NCBI GenBank assembly: GCA_964016885.1
Contig: OZ024742.1
Span: 31,186,001-31,250,000 of the forward strand
Reading direction: 5' to 3'
Source of the DNA: Eledone cirrhosa
Taxonomy: Eukaryota
DNA: 64,000 nucleotides
A program made the translations under genes and the position numbers. Each line of letters begins with the position of its first letter. The first letter of the stretch is position 1. The notes below the pieces were generated by a model. That model worked only from the letters and a program-made list of their open reading frames with translations. It searched no databases and was not told where the DNA came from. Below are positions 46,131 through 59,923 of this stretch, in pieces.

Positions 46131-46657
46131 TCAGGTCACCAGTTGGTGCTACTGGTAACATGTATCCCAGTACAACCTGTCTCATGGTCGGGTCGTTGGC
46201 GACTAAACTGGCAACCCCACCAAGGTTTCTTGGTGAGGAGGGTGACTTTGGACATCCTGCAGGACTAAAAACAAAACCTGTCAAAGGGCAAAGGAGCTCT
46301 TAAGAGTCAATGGCCATCCAAAATCACCGGGAGAGATGACCCCTTAGCCTTTGTCAAGGCAGAATTCTAGGAGAAGGAAAACTCTGATATAACACCCTGT
46401 GCAGTGCCTTTGCTCACTATAAAAGCTTCACGGCACAGGCATTGCTTTATATCTGGAGATCTCTCTGCACTTGTCGTCACATGGTACCATGGGCCCTGCA
46501 CTATGTGTCAGTAATTGTCACAAGTGTAGTGTTTGTACCAGAGTTTTCAAGTCGCTGGCTGGACTAAAAAGTCACACTCGTTCAGCGCATCGGTAGGGGT
46601 TCTCCTACATGGATATAAAGTAGTGGCCGTACTCGAAAACGAGTTGACAGCCACCAT
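46131..46657 (+). mobile_element. RTE derivative, copy 2 (extra ~35 bp at 5', ~70-bp internal deletion)
   Basis: Homologous to 45098-45668. Confidence 0.65.
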
Positions 46658-46687
46658 ATGTATATATATATATATGTATATATATAT

Positions 46688-46737
<50 letters not shown>

Positions 46738-46822
46738 ATATATGTGTATATATATATATATGTATATATATATATGTGTGTATATATATATGTATATATA
46801 TATATATGTATATATATATATG

Positions 46823-46855
<33 letters not shown>

Positions 46856-46962
46856 GTGTATATATACGTATATATATATATATATGTATATATATGTATA
46901 TATGTATATATATATATATGTATATATATGTATATATGTATATATATATGTATATATATATG

Positions 46963-46997
<35 letters not shown>

Positions 46998-47031
46998 GTA
47001 TATATATGTATATGTATATATATATATATGT

Positions 47032-47065
<34 letters not shown>

Positions 47066-47142
47066 GTATATATACGTATATGTATATATATATATATATA
47101 TATGTATATAATATATATATATATATATGTATATATATGTAT

Positions 47143-47176
<34 letters not shown>

Positions 47177-47193
47177 GTATATATACGTATATG

Positions 47194-47248
<55 letters not shown>

Positions 47249-47249
47249 G

Positions 47250-47298
<49 letters not shown>

Positions 47299-47499
47299 GT
47301 ATATATATATATATATATGTATATGTATATATATGTATATATATATATGTATATATATGTATATATATATATATGTATATGTATATATATGTATATATAT
47401 ATATATATGTATATATATGTATATAATTATATATATATGTATATGTATATATATGTATATGTATATATATGTATATATATATATATATGTATATATATG

Positions 47500-47531
<32 letters not shown>

Positions 47532-47589
47532 CATATATATACATATATGCATATATACATGTATATACATACATATATATATATACATA

Positions 47590-47621
<32 letters not shown>

Positions 47622-47639
47622 CATATATATATATACATA

Positions 47640-47678
<39 letters not shown>

Positions 47679-47679
47679 G

Positions 47680-47710
<31 letters not shown>

Positions 47711-47721
47711 GTATATATATG

Positions 47722-47778
<57 letters not shown>

Positions 47779-48032
47779 GTATATATATGTATATATATAT
47801 ATGTATATATATGTATATATATATATGTATATATATATATGTATATATATATATGTATATGTATATATATATATGTATATATATGTATATATATATATGT
47901 CTATATATGTATATATATATATGTATATATATATATATGTATATATATATGTATATATATATATGTATATATATATGTATATATATGTATATGTATATAT
48001 ATATGTATATATATATATGTATATATATATGT

Positions 48033-48064
<32 letters not shown>

Positions 48065-48440
48065 GTATATATATATGTATATATAAGTATATATGTATAT
48101 TTATATGTATATATATATGTATATATAAGTATATATGTATATATATATATGTATATATATATATATGAATATATATAAGTATATATGTATATATATGTAT
48201 ATATATATATATGAATATATATACATATATGTATATATATGTATATATATATATATGAATATATATACATATATGTATATATATGTATATATATATATAT
48301 ATGAATATATATATATATATATGTATATATATGTATATATATATATGTATATATATATGTATATATATGTAAGTATATATGTATATATATGTATATATAT
48401 ATATGTATGTATATATATATATGTATATATATATATATGT

Positions 48441-48481
<41 letters not shown>

Positions 48482-48499
48482 TATGTATATATATATATG

Positions 48500-48531
<32 letters not shown>

Positions 48532-48654
48532 TATGTATATATATATATGTATGTATATACATGTATATATGCATATATGTATATATATGTATATATATAT
48601 ATATGTATGTATATGTATATGTATATATATATATGTATGTATATGTATATATAT

Positions 48655-49225
48655 CCCAGTACAACCTGTCTCATGGTCGGGTCGTTGGCGACTAAACTGG
48701 CAACCCCACCAAGGTTTCTTGGTGAGAAGGGTAACTTTGGACATCCTGCAGGACTAAAAACAAAACCTGTCAAAGGGCAAAGAGCTCTTAAGAGTCAATG
48801 GCCATCCAAAATCACCGGGAGAGATGACCCCTTAGCCTTTGTCAAAGCAGAATTCTAGGAGAAGGAAAACTCTGATATAACACCTGCAACCCTGATGGTA
48901 TCCAATGATGTTGACTTGTTCTTCTTTTTGGTAAATATCATCTTGGTTAAGAGAGTGGGACTGGCTTTGTGCAGTGCCTTTGCTCACTATAAAAGCTTCA
49001 CGGCACAGGCATTGCTTTATATCTGGAGATCTCTCTGCACTTGTCGTAACATGGTACCATGGGCCCAGCACTATGTGTCAATAATTGTCACAAGTGTAGT
49101 GTTTGTACCAGAGTTTTCAAGTCGCTAGCTGGACTAAAAAGTCACTTGTTCAGCGCATCGGTAGGGGTTCTCCTACATGGGTATAAAGTAGTGGCCGTAC
49201 TCGAAAACGAGTTGGCATACACCAT
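48655..49225 (+). mobile_element. RTE derivative, copy 3 (duplicate of copy 1 including microsatellite flanks)
   Basis: Near-identical to copy 1 at offset 3557 bp, with matching upstream TA-variant pattern. Confidence 0.7.
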
Positions 49226-49301
49226 GTATACATGTATGTGTATCTATGTATGTATGTATATATATACATATATGTATATATATATATATGTATATATATA
49301 T

Positions 49302-49349
<48 letters not shown>

Positions 49350-49434
49350 ATATATGTGTATATATATATATATGTATATATATATATGTGTGTATATATA
49401 TATGTATATATATATATGTGTATATATATATATG

Positions 49435-49468
<34 letters not shown>

Positions 49469-49574
49469 TGTGTATATATATGTATATATATATATATGTA
49501 TATATATGTATATATGTATATATATATATATGTATATATATGTATATATGTATATATATATGTATATATATATG

Positions 49575-49609
<35 letters not shown>

Positions 49610-49643
49610 GTATATATATGTATATGTATATATATATATATGT

Positions 49644-49677
<34 letters not shown>

Positions 49678-49694
49678 GTATATATACGTATATG

Positions 49695-49747
<53 letters not shown>

Positions 49748-49751
49748 GTAT

Positions 49752-49785
<34 letters not shown>

Positions 49786-49802
49786 GTATATATACGTATA
49801 TG

Positions 49803-49859
<57 letters not shown>

Positions 49860-49860
49860 G

Positions 49861-49896
<36 letters not shown>

Positions 49897-49994
49897 TGTA
49901 TATATATGTATATATATATATATATATGTATATATATGTATATGTATATATATGTATATATATATATGTATATATATGTCTATATATATATATG

Positions 49995-50028
<34 letters not shown>

Positions 50029-50140
50029 TGTATATAATTATATATATATGTATATATATGTATATGTATATATATGTATATATATATATATATGTATATA
50101 TATGTATATATATATATATATGTATATGTATATATATATG

Positions 50141-50187
<47 letters not shown>

Positions 50188-50282
50188 GTATATGTATATA
50201 TATATGTATATATATATATATGTATATGTATATATATATATGTATATATATATATATGTATATGTATATATATATATGTATA

Positions 50283-50319
<37 letters not shown>

Positions 50320-50320
50320 G

Positions 50321-50413
<93 letters not shown>

Positions 50414-50424
50414 GTATATATATG

Positions 50425-50481
<57 letters not shown>

Positions 50482-50508
50482 GTATATATATATATATGTA
50501 TATATATG

Positions 50509-50541
<33 letters not shown>

Positions 50542-50542
50542 G

Positions 50543-50593
<51 letters not shown>

Positions 50594-50604
50594 GTATATA
50601 TATG

Positions 50605-50659
<55 letters not shown>

Positions 50660-50832
50660 GTATATATATGTATATATATATATGTATATATATGTATATA
50701 TATATATGTATATATATATATGTATATATATATATGTATATGTATATATATATATGTATATGTATATATATATATGTATATATATGTATATATATATGTC
50801 TATATATGTATATATATATATGTCTATATATG

Positions 50833-50887
<55 letters not shown>

Positions 50888-51967
50888 GTATATATATATG
50901 TATATATATGTATATGTAATATATATATGTATATATATATATGTATATATATATGTATATATATGTATATGTATATATATATATGTATATATATATGTAT
51001 ATATAATTATATATGTATATTTATATGTATATATATATGTATATATAAGTATATATGTATATATATATATGTATATATATATATATGAATATATATAAGT
51101 ATATATGTATATATATATATGTATATATATATATATGAATATATATAAGTATATATGTATATATATGTATATATATATATGAATATATATACATATATGT
51201 ATATATATGTATATATATATATATGAATATATATACATATATGTATATATATGTATATATATATATATATGAATATATATATATATATATGTATATATAT
51301 GTATATATATATATGTATATATATATGTATATATATGTAAGTATATATGTATATATATGTATATATATATATATATGTATATATATATGTATAAATATAT
51401 ATGTATATATATATGTATATATATATATATAAGTATATATATATGTATATGTATATACATATATATATGTATATATATATGTATATATATATATAAGTAT
51501 ATATGTATATATATATGTATATGTATATATATATGTATATATATATAAGTATATATGTATATATATGTATATGTATATATATATGTAAGTATGTATGTAT
51601 ACGTACATACATATATGTATACAGATGTACAGTAGCATGTATATATATACATACAGGCACACATACATATATGCACGTATCAGTTTACCGAACATTTATT
51701 ATAATGCTCGGTTTGTTCGTTTGTAAACAAACAAATAAACAGCCTGAATTACGCCGTACAGTGTTTAGGCAACCACGTCACCTTTTTGTTCAACACTGAC
51801 ACAGGAACGATGTACTAGTTTCAAGCTTATTAGCTATCGTAAGCACCGTATACCTTTCTGCACCGTATACCTTACCGTATACGATATGCAAATTAGGCTG
51901 CTAAGCCGTTAATTTTCATAAGGAAAGTATATACTTTCGGACGTTCAACCATCTGGCAGAAAGGTAT

Positions 51968-52010
51968 ACGGTGCTGACGATAGCTAATAAGCTTGAAACT
52001 AGTACATCGT
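51968..52010 (+). ncRNA. Minimal type I hammerhead
   Basis: ACGGTG-CTGACGA-TAGCT(AATA)AGCTT-GAAA-CTAG-TA-CATCGT. The inverted copy at 51807-51849 has a mutated core, CTTACGA. Confidence 0.85.
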
Positions 52011-52409
52011 TCCTGTGTCAGTGTTGAACAAAAAGGTGACGTGGTTGCCTAAACACTGTACGGCGTAATTCAGGCTGTTTGTTTGTTTACAAACGAACAA
52101 ACCGAGCATTATAATAAAGGTTCGGTAAACTGATACGTGCATATATGTATGTGTGCCAGTATGTATATATATACATGCTACTGTACGTTTGTATACATAT
52201 ATGTATGTACATATACATACATACTTACATTTAAGTAAGTGCCGTACTAAGAGTGAGAAATGAAATTTCGTTTCATTCTATTCCATTTATTGTTTACGGT
52301 GCGCCTGGCCGACTGAACTCACTCGATATGCAAATTAGGCTGCTCAGCCGGTAATTTTCATAAGGAAAGTATATACTTTCGGACGTTCAACCATCTGGCA
52401 GAAAGGTAT

Positions 52410-52452
52410 ACGGTGCTGACGATAGCTAATACGCTTGAAACTAGTACATCGT
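52410..52452 (+). ncRNA. Minimal type I hammerhead, second unit
   Basis: Same as 51968-52010, offset +442. Confidence 0.8.
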
Positions 52453-52808
52453 TCCTGTGTCAGTGTTGAACAAAAAGGTGACGTGGTTGCCTAAACACTG
52501 TACAGCGTAATTCAGGCTTTTTGTTTGTTTACAAACGAACAAACCGAGCATTATAATAAATGTTCGTAAACTGATACGTGCATATATGTATGTGTGCCTG
52601 TATGTATATATATACATGCTACTGTACGTCTGTATACATATATGTATATACGTATACATACATACTTACATTTAAGTAAGTGCTGTACTAAGAGTGAGAA
52701 ATGAAATTTCGTTTCATTCTATTCCATTTATATATATATGTATATATATATAAGTATATATGTATATATGTATATGTATATATATATAAGTATATATGTA
52801 TATATATG

Positions 52809-52861
<53 letters not shown>

Positions 52862-52940
52862 GAATATATATATATATGTATATATATATAAGTCTACATG
52901 TATATATATGTATATATATATATTTATATATATATATGTT

Positions 52941-52971
<31 letters not shown>

Positions 52972-53002
52972 GTATATATGTATATATATGTATATATGTA
53001 TA

Positions 53003-53042
<40 letters not shown>

Positions 53043-53048
53043 GATATG

Positions 53049-53081
<33 letters not shown>

Positions 53082-53158
53082 GTATATATATATGTATATA
53101 TATATATATATGTATTTATATATGTATATATATGTGTATATATATGTATATATATATG

Positions 53159-53222
<64 letters not shown>

Positions 53223-53234
53223 TGTATATATATA

Positions 53235-54128
53235 TGGTATTTTCTTCGGGGTTATAAGAGGCTTAGCTCTATTTCTCGACCGTTATATCACGTGACTATC
53301 TCCCCCTCCGCCTTTTGGGATTCTTTCTCACGTCGTGTAGACGCGTTCTTGAGACTAGTAAAATGAGGTATCCTCTTGATAAGTCGGCAGACCTCGCAGG
53401 GACTCTATATCTTTATGATGTATTGTTTTTGTTTATGCCACGAAACTACGTAGTCGAGGAATCTAGGAGCAGTTTAGGTATGATACATTTTATTACTAAT
53501 TATATCTAAATGTTTCTTCTCTCTTCATAATGTATTTTTAACTCTGATACTGGTTCAATCTGGTTCAACCGGATTGGTCTGTCCGAGTCATTCATTGAGC
53601 AGCATCGGTGAGGTTGGCACCCTTAACTCGCGGTTGGGTGCGGATGCATTCATGTATGTGTGTGTGTCCGCATGTATCTGTGTGTTTCTAAATATATTGT
53701 TAATAACTCCCTCTGGTCGAGCAACCTTTGAAGTGTGGGGACTGCTGAAAAGCTTCCATTACTCATACTCCTCGTCTCCTTCACCACCTCTTCTACGGCT
53801 TCGATATAAATACCCCCTCCGCCTCCGTGGTATTTTATTCGGGGTTATAAGAGGCTTAGCTCTGTTTCTCGACCGTTATATCGCGTGACTATCTCCCCCC
53901 TCCGCCTTTTGGGATTCTTTCTCACGTCGTGTAGACGCGTTCTTGAGACTAGTAAAATGAGGTATCCTCTTAATAAGTCGGCAGACCTCGCAGGGACTCT
54001 ATATCTTTATGATGTATTGTTTTTGTTTATGCCACGAAACTACGTAGTCGAGGAATCTAGGAGCAGTTTAGGTATGATACATTTTATTACTAATTATATC
54101 TAAATGTTTCTTCTCTCTTCATAATGTA
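53235..54128 (+). mobile_element. ~594-bp non-coding unit in 1.5 tandem copies with a variant hammerhead; retrozyme-like
   Basis: TGGTATTTT.TTCGGGGTTATAAGAGG at 53235 and 53828, flanked by (TA)n. Confidence 0.8.
53371..53460 (+). ncRNA. Type I hammerhead with U3:A8 core and long helix II (copy at 53965-54054 has G5A)
   Basis: TCCTC-TTGATAA-GT.GGCA...TGCC.AC-GAAAC-TACGTA-GTC-GAGGA. Helix III is the palindrome ACTACGTAGT. Confidence 0.78.
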
Positions 54129-54250
54129 TATGTATATATATGTATATATATGTATATATATGTATATATATATATATGTATATGTATATATATGTATATG
54201 TATATATATATGTATATGTATATATGTGTATATATATATATATGTATATG

Positions 54251-54299
<49 letters not shown>

Positions 54300-54328
54300 A
54301 TATATATATGTATATATATGTATATATG

Positions 54329-54396
<68 letters not shown>

Positions 54397-54428
54397 TATA
54401 TGTAGATATGTGTATATATATATGTGTG

Positions 54429-54477
<49 letters not shown>

Positions 54478-54536
54478 GTATATATGTGTATATATATATA
54501 TATGTGTGTATATATATATGTGTGTATATATATATG

Positions 54537-54617
<81 letters not shown>

Positions 54618-54618
54618 G

Positions 54619-54681
<63 letters not shown>

Positions 54682-54692
54682 GTATATATATG

Positions 54693-54761
<69 letters not shown>

Positions 54762-54762
54762 G

Positions 54763-54795
<33 letters not shown>

Positions 54796-54806
54796 GTATA
54801 TATATG

Positions 54807-54841
<35 letters not shown>

Positions 54842-54908
54842 GTATATATATGTATATATATATATTTATACATATATATATATATATGTGTATATATATG
54901 TATATGTG

Positions 54909-54955
<47 letters not shown>

Positions 54956-54982
54956 GTATATATATGTATATATATATATATG

Positions 54983-55033
<51 letters not shown>

Positions 55034-55094
55034 GTATATATATGTATATATATATATTTATACATATATATATATATATGTGTATATATATATG

Positions 55095-55141
<47 letters not shown>

Positions 55142-55158
55142 GTGTATATATATATATG

Positions 55159-55283
<125 letters not shown>

Positions 55284-55832
55284 TATTTACGTATCGAGAA
55301 AGAGAAAAAAAGGGGAGGATAGGTGATACATATAGTTATTTGCCAAGTAGTGTATGCCAAAGGTGCTCGATACTAGTGCCGGCAGTATTAAATATTCGAA
55401 GTGTTAATATTTAGTGGGCTAGAGAGTTGGCAGAGCGTAAGCACGTGGGAAAGTAAAAAATCGGAGAATAGACCGTTAAAACATGTTTATTTAAAACAGC
55501 ACCTACGTACGTTTCGCCCAGTTGGGCTCTCAGGGGTATAAATAATCACAAATGTTCCTTATATTGCTCGGAAAGAGTTTTTGGGGTTAAATCCACATCA
55601 AGGTTTATTGCTCGCAAAAATAGGTTGTTTTGATTTTGCAACAGCAGGTCAAGGGAGGTAACTCTGGCCGGTGTTAGGGAAGTCTATCCCGGACAATTTT
55701 TTTTTTTTTTTTAGCCGCATCTGTTTGTCTGAGGCTGGGTATGGTATGCAAGGATTGTTTCCTGGGTGTTATTTTGCAGCACCTGTCCGCCGGGGTGTTA
55801 AGACTTGTTGCAGGGAGATCCGGTGTACGGTT

Positions 55833-56717
55833 TCACTCCTCATCCTTAACCCATCTGAAGAAGAATATTTTTAAGCGATGTGTACAATTTATCGCTGTTT
55901 CAGCTCTGCTGTTGATGAGCTCATGGGGTGCAGTTATGATGTGGTAGAGCTCCATGAGGCAAATATCGCATTTACTCTTGAAGTTGTACGGTGCAGCCCT
56001 GCCGACAATCTCCCAGTGCGTGGAGAAGCTGATGTTTAAGTCCTTTAGTGATGTGATGTAGTCCGCGAGCGAAGTGGAGTGCCTTAGTTTTCTATTTGTG
56101 AAAGAGTGGAGATGTGTTCGAAACCTAATTTTGAACGGGCCGGAGGTAGCCCCTATATAATGTTTAACGCTATTGTGGCTAGTAATAGTGCATCTATATA
56201 TAACCCTATCAGTCAAGCAGTAACCTCTAAGGGGGCAGCATCCTCTGTCGCGGCAGTTGCAATTTCTGTCGTGGTTCCGTCTATTTCCCACGGTAAGGCT
56301 ATCATTGTTGCTGCCTACGTTGTTACCTACGCTACCGCAGCTGTCGTTAGCACCATTACAACCCACTGCACGCGGGGTGGTGCCATTGTTATTCCGCACG
56401 TCATGTCCTGCATGTTCCCCAGTCATTTCGCGGTTATGCTGGTTGCGTCTGCGGATGCCGTTGCCAACACTATTGGATGCTGCCAGGGAGTTGTTAAGGG
56501 TGATATAGTTATTGTCAGGTGTAGATGCGTCTGTGTGGAGGTGCTGTGTCTTGGTGATCTTACTGTGGTTCGTTGTTCCTATGATGTCTGCTAGATTAGG
56601 AGTAGTAGAGAAGGATATTTTTATATTGTTCCTATTAAGAATTTTTCTATACCTATGGTTGGGCGGGAAGTTCTTTTCTAAGGCTTTGAAGAACATCCGG
56701 GGTATGTTGGAGGCCAC
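55833..56717 (-). CDS. PLE C-terminal fragment with GIY-YIG endonuclease (CxCx5C linker)
   Basis: FPPNHRYRKILNRNNIKISFS, CNCRDRGCCPLRGYC, VIYRC..HYIGAT..FK.RF..H..SF, WEIV, CDICLME. Confidence 0.8.
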   Translation of the reverse strand: MASNIPRMFFKALEKNFPPNHRYRKILNRNNIKISFSTTPNLADIIGTTNHSKITKTQHLHTDASTPDNNYITLNNSLAASNSVGNGIRRRNQHNREMTGEHAGHDVRNNNGTTPRAVGCNGANDSCGSVGNNVGSNNDSLTVGNRRNHDRNCNCRDRGCCPLRGYCLTDRVIYRCTITSHNSVKHYIGATSGPFKIRFRTHLHSFTNRKLRHSTSLADYITSLKDLNISFSTHWEIVGRAAPYNFKSKCDICLMELYHIITAPHELINSRAETAINCTHRLKIFFFRWVKDEE

Positions 56718-56774
56718 AATCTTTCTCTACTACTCCTAATCTAGCAGACATCATAGGAACAACGATTATTTATG

Positions 56775-56811
56775 ACCCTGAGAAGCCTAACTGGGCGAAA
56801 CGTACGTAGGT
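56775..56811 (+). ncRNA. Hammerhead-like motif with non-canonical core CTGAGAA (mirror at 55501-55536 has CTGAGA)
   Basis: ACC-CTGAGAA-GCCTA(AC)TGGGC-GAAA-CGTACG-TA-GGT. Confidence 0.55.
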
Positions 56812-56867
56812 GCGGTTTTAAATAAACATATTTTAACGGTCTATTCTCCGATTTTTACTTTCCCACG

Positions 56868-56899
<32 letters not shown>

Positions 56900-57350
56900 A
56901 ATATTTTCGAAACAGCGAGTGGGTTTGAAATTATTAGAAATGCAAGTTATCGCCGTATTTTGACTAAAGAAATTAAAGAAATTATTTAGCCTGATATTGG
57001 GGTTAAGAAACCCCTGGAGAAATGGAAAAAGATGAGTATTGACGTACATGTACGTCAATATACGGCGATAACTTACATTTACATGTATGCTCTTTGTGTT
57101 TGTGTAGCCTCTGCACACCCTCTGCACCATACTATCGACGCCACCCCATCTATGGTTCAGCTAACCACTCGACTCCCGGGAATGAATATGACCGCAGCTA
57201 GTAAACAAGGACCCACACCCCACCCTCCCGCACCAAAATAAGACTTAAAATTAGACTTATCGTCCCCTACTTTTGCTCTTTACTCTCTTTACTCTTTGTT
57301 CTTGAATGTTTGGTTGGTAGAGTCCATAACACCAATCAAACCCTTTTATA

Positions 57351-57395
57351 GCTCTGACGAATCCTACGGTTACGTAAGGAAGAAACATTGTAAGC
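57351..57395 (+). ncRNA. Type I hammerhead in an orphan pLTR-like segment (~57130-57540)
   Basis: GCT-CTGACGA-ATCCTACG(GTTA)CGTAAGGAA-GAAA-CATTG-TA-AGC. Confidence 0.75.
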
Positions 57396-57714
57396 CAATA
57401 AAAATCTTTTGATGTTGTAGACGCTCTGGTGTTCCTTATCATATATACGGCTCTGCTCCAAAGCATAGAGCTAATTATTATGCTGCCAATACCTTAATGG
57501 GACACGGGTATACAATACCTAACTCCTATTAACCTAAGTATATATATTATATATATTATATATATATATATATAATATATATTATATATATAATATATAT
57601 TATATATATTATATATTATATATATTATATATATATTATATATATTAGATATATATATATATATATTATATATATATATATATTATATATATTATATATT
57701 ATATATATTATATA

Positions 57715-57846
<132 letters not shown>

Positions 57847-57960
57847 ATAATAATAAATTTGAAGACTAAAATCCAAAGAGGGCTCGATAAGGATAATATA
57901 TATCAGAAGACCCCGTTAAGGGGGAAAGCAGCGATTCTTTGCTTAAACTTTAATCTGTTA

Positions 57961-58153
<193 letters not shown>

Positions 58154-58209
58154 TATATATATATTATAAATATATTATATATATATTATATATATATATA
58201 TATAAAATA

Positions 58210-58251
<42 letters not shown>

Positions 58252-58264
58252 TATATATTATATA

Positions 58265-58396
<132 letters not shown>

Positions 58397-58399
58397 ATA

Positions 58400-59310
58400 C
58401 TAGCAGTAAAGCCCGGCGTTGCTCGGTGTCGCTCAGTAGCTGTGTTAAAGTTACAATGTTAAGTTTCTTTCTTGGCTTAAAAACTGTAGTGTCTACTGTG
58501 CAGACTTGCATGGTGTTTTTGATTAATATTCCCTCAACCAACAATATGCCTTATGAAGTTAAGAAAACATAACGATAACCCGAATGTTATAACAAAAGAG
58601 GATGCTGGGGATAGAAACTGCACTGGTTATTTATTAACAAAGATCGAAAATGTAAACACTGCAACGCAGAGAAAAACATTAGCGTAACCAAATTATCAGT
58701 TATGTCTGTCTGCACGCCTATATCACCTCTCTGCACGACTGTCTGTCTGCACGCCTATATCACCTCTCTGCACGACTATCTGTCTGCACGCCTATATCAC
58801 CTCTCTGCACGACTATCTGTCTGCACGCGTATATCACCTCTCTGCACGACTGTCTGTCTGCACGACTGTCTGTCTGCACGCCTAACGACGAAATATTTGC
58901 TTGTTTTACGTAGTCTTTAAATAGACTTGTTTTCAAGTAAAAATATTGTTTAAAATGCTTTTAAATGGAAATGAAGCAAAACGGAAGCCTAGTGTTCGAA
59001 CTGATGAATTTTGCAGGTCAATATTTTGCTGGCTCGACAACTGTTAAAGCCAGCGTAATTTTTTACGTAAGACGCTCAATGTAAACAGAACAAAGGGAAA
59101 TAACTGATCACTTACGCTCAAAAATCGATACATTATATTCGATTTCGTCACATAGGGTGGGTCAATTTGAAATTTTTTTTTTCCGATGTCTTCGCTAGGG
59201 CTCAATGTACAAGTATAGCAATTTCGGTGCAATTCCGTGAGAGATTCTAAGAGGAGATGTGTGCCAAAAATCGATAGACAGACAGACAACCACAGTTTTA
59301 TATATATAGA
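58400..59310 (-). mobile_element. Non-autonomous Helitron (911 bp) with an internal 37-bp minisatellite (58703-58882)
   Basis: Minus strand A|TCTATATATATAAAA..(CTGT)n...CCGAGCAACGCCGGG..CTAG|T: 5' TC, 3' hairpin + CTAG, AT target. Confidence 0.85.
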
Positions 59311-59311
59311 T

Positions 59312-59417
<106 letters not shown>

Positions 59418-59923
59418 CATCATCATCATCATCATCAGGTTTAGCGTCCGTGTTCCACGCTTGCATGGGTTTGGACGGGGGTTTTCCCACTTGAGGCAAG
59501 AGTGGTTGTCTTGCTCGCATAGGACTGTCTGGCGGGTTTTCTACAGTTGGATGCCCTTCCTAACAGCAACCACATTTACAGTGTGGGGCTGGGAGGTTTT
59601 TACCGTGTTGCCTACACGGCCACATTACAGCGTGGACTGTCTGGCGGGTTTTCTACAGCTGGATGCCCTTCCTAACACCAACCACATTTACAGTGTGGGG
59701 CTGGGAGGTTTTTACCGTGTTGCCTACACGGCCACATTTACAGCGTGGACTGTGTGTTTTTTTGTCGTGACACCTACACGATCTCATTTGTTTCGGCCTG
59801 GATGTTGTGGGACCAACATAACTTTACATTGAAAGGGGCGGTGTGGATGGGGTGGAGGTGGTGGGACGGGGGGGGTGTTTTGATAGAGATGCCTACTGAC
59901 TGTAGTAGGTTTTTACTTTGTAT

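Larger units (their letters stand above)
51583..52731 (+). mobile_element. 442-bp hammerhead tandem unit (1.9 copies, 51883-52731) with an inverted partial copy (51583-51861); retrozyme or non-autonomous PLE
   Basis: GATATGCAAATTAGG at 51883 and 52325. The inverted arm lacks the last ~60 nt. No credible ORF. Confidence 0.85.

Noticed and set aside
46131-46212. HDV-like ribozyme at the 5' end of the RTE derivative (CCAGT/ACTGG, CTAA)
   Set aside because: P2- and J4/2-like parts are present, but I could not build convincing P1, P3 and L3.
57900-57940. CAGAAGA-CCCC(GTTAA)GGGG-GAAAGC hammerhead-like motif
   Set aside because: U4 is mutated and helices I and III are not formed.
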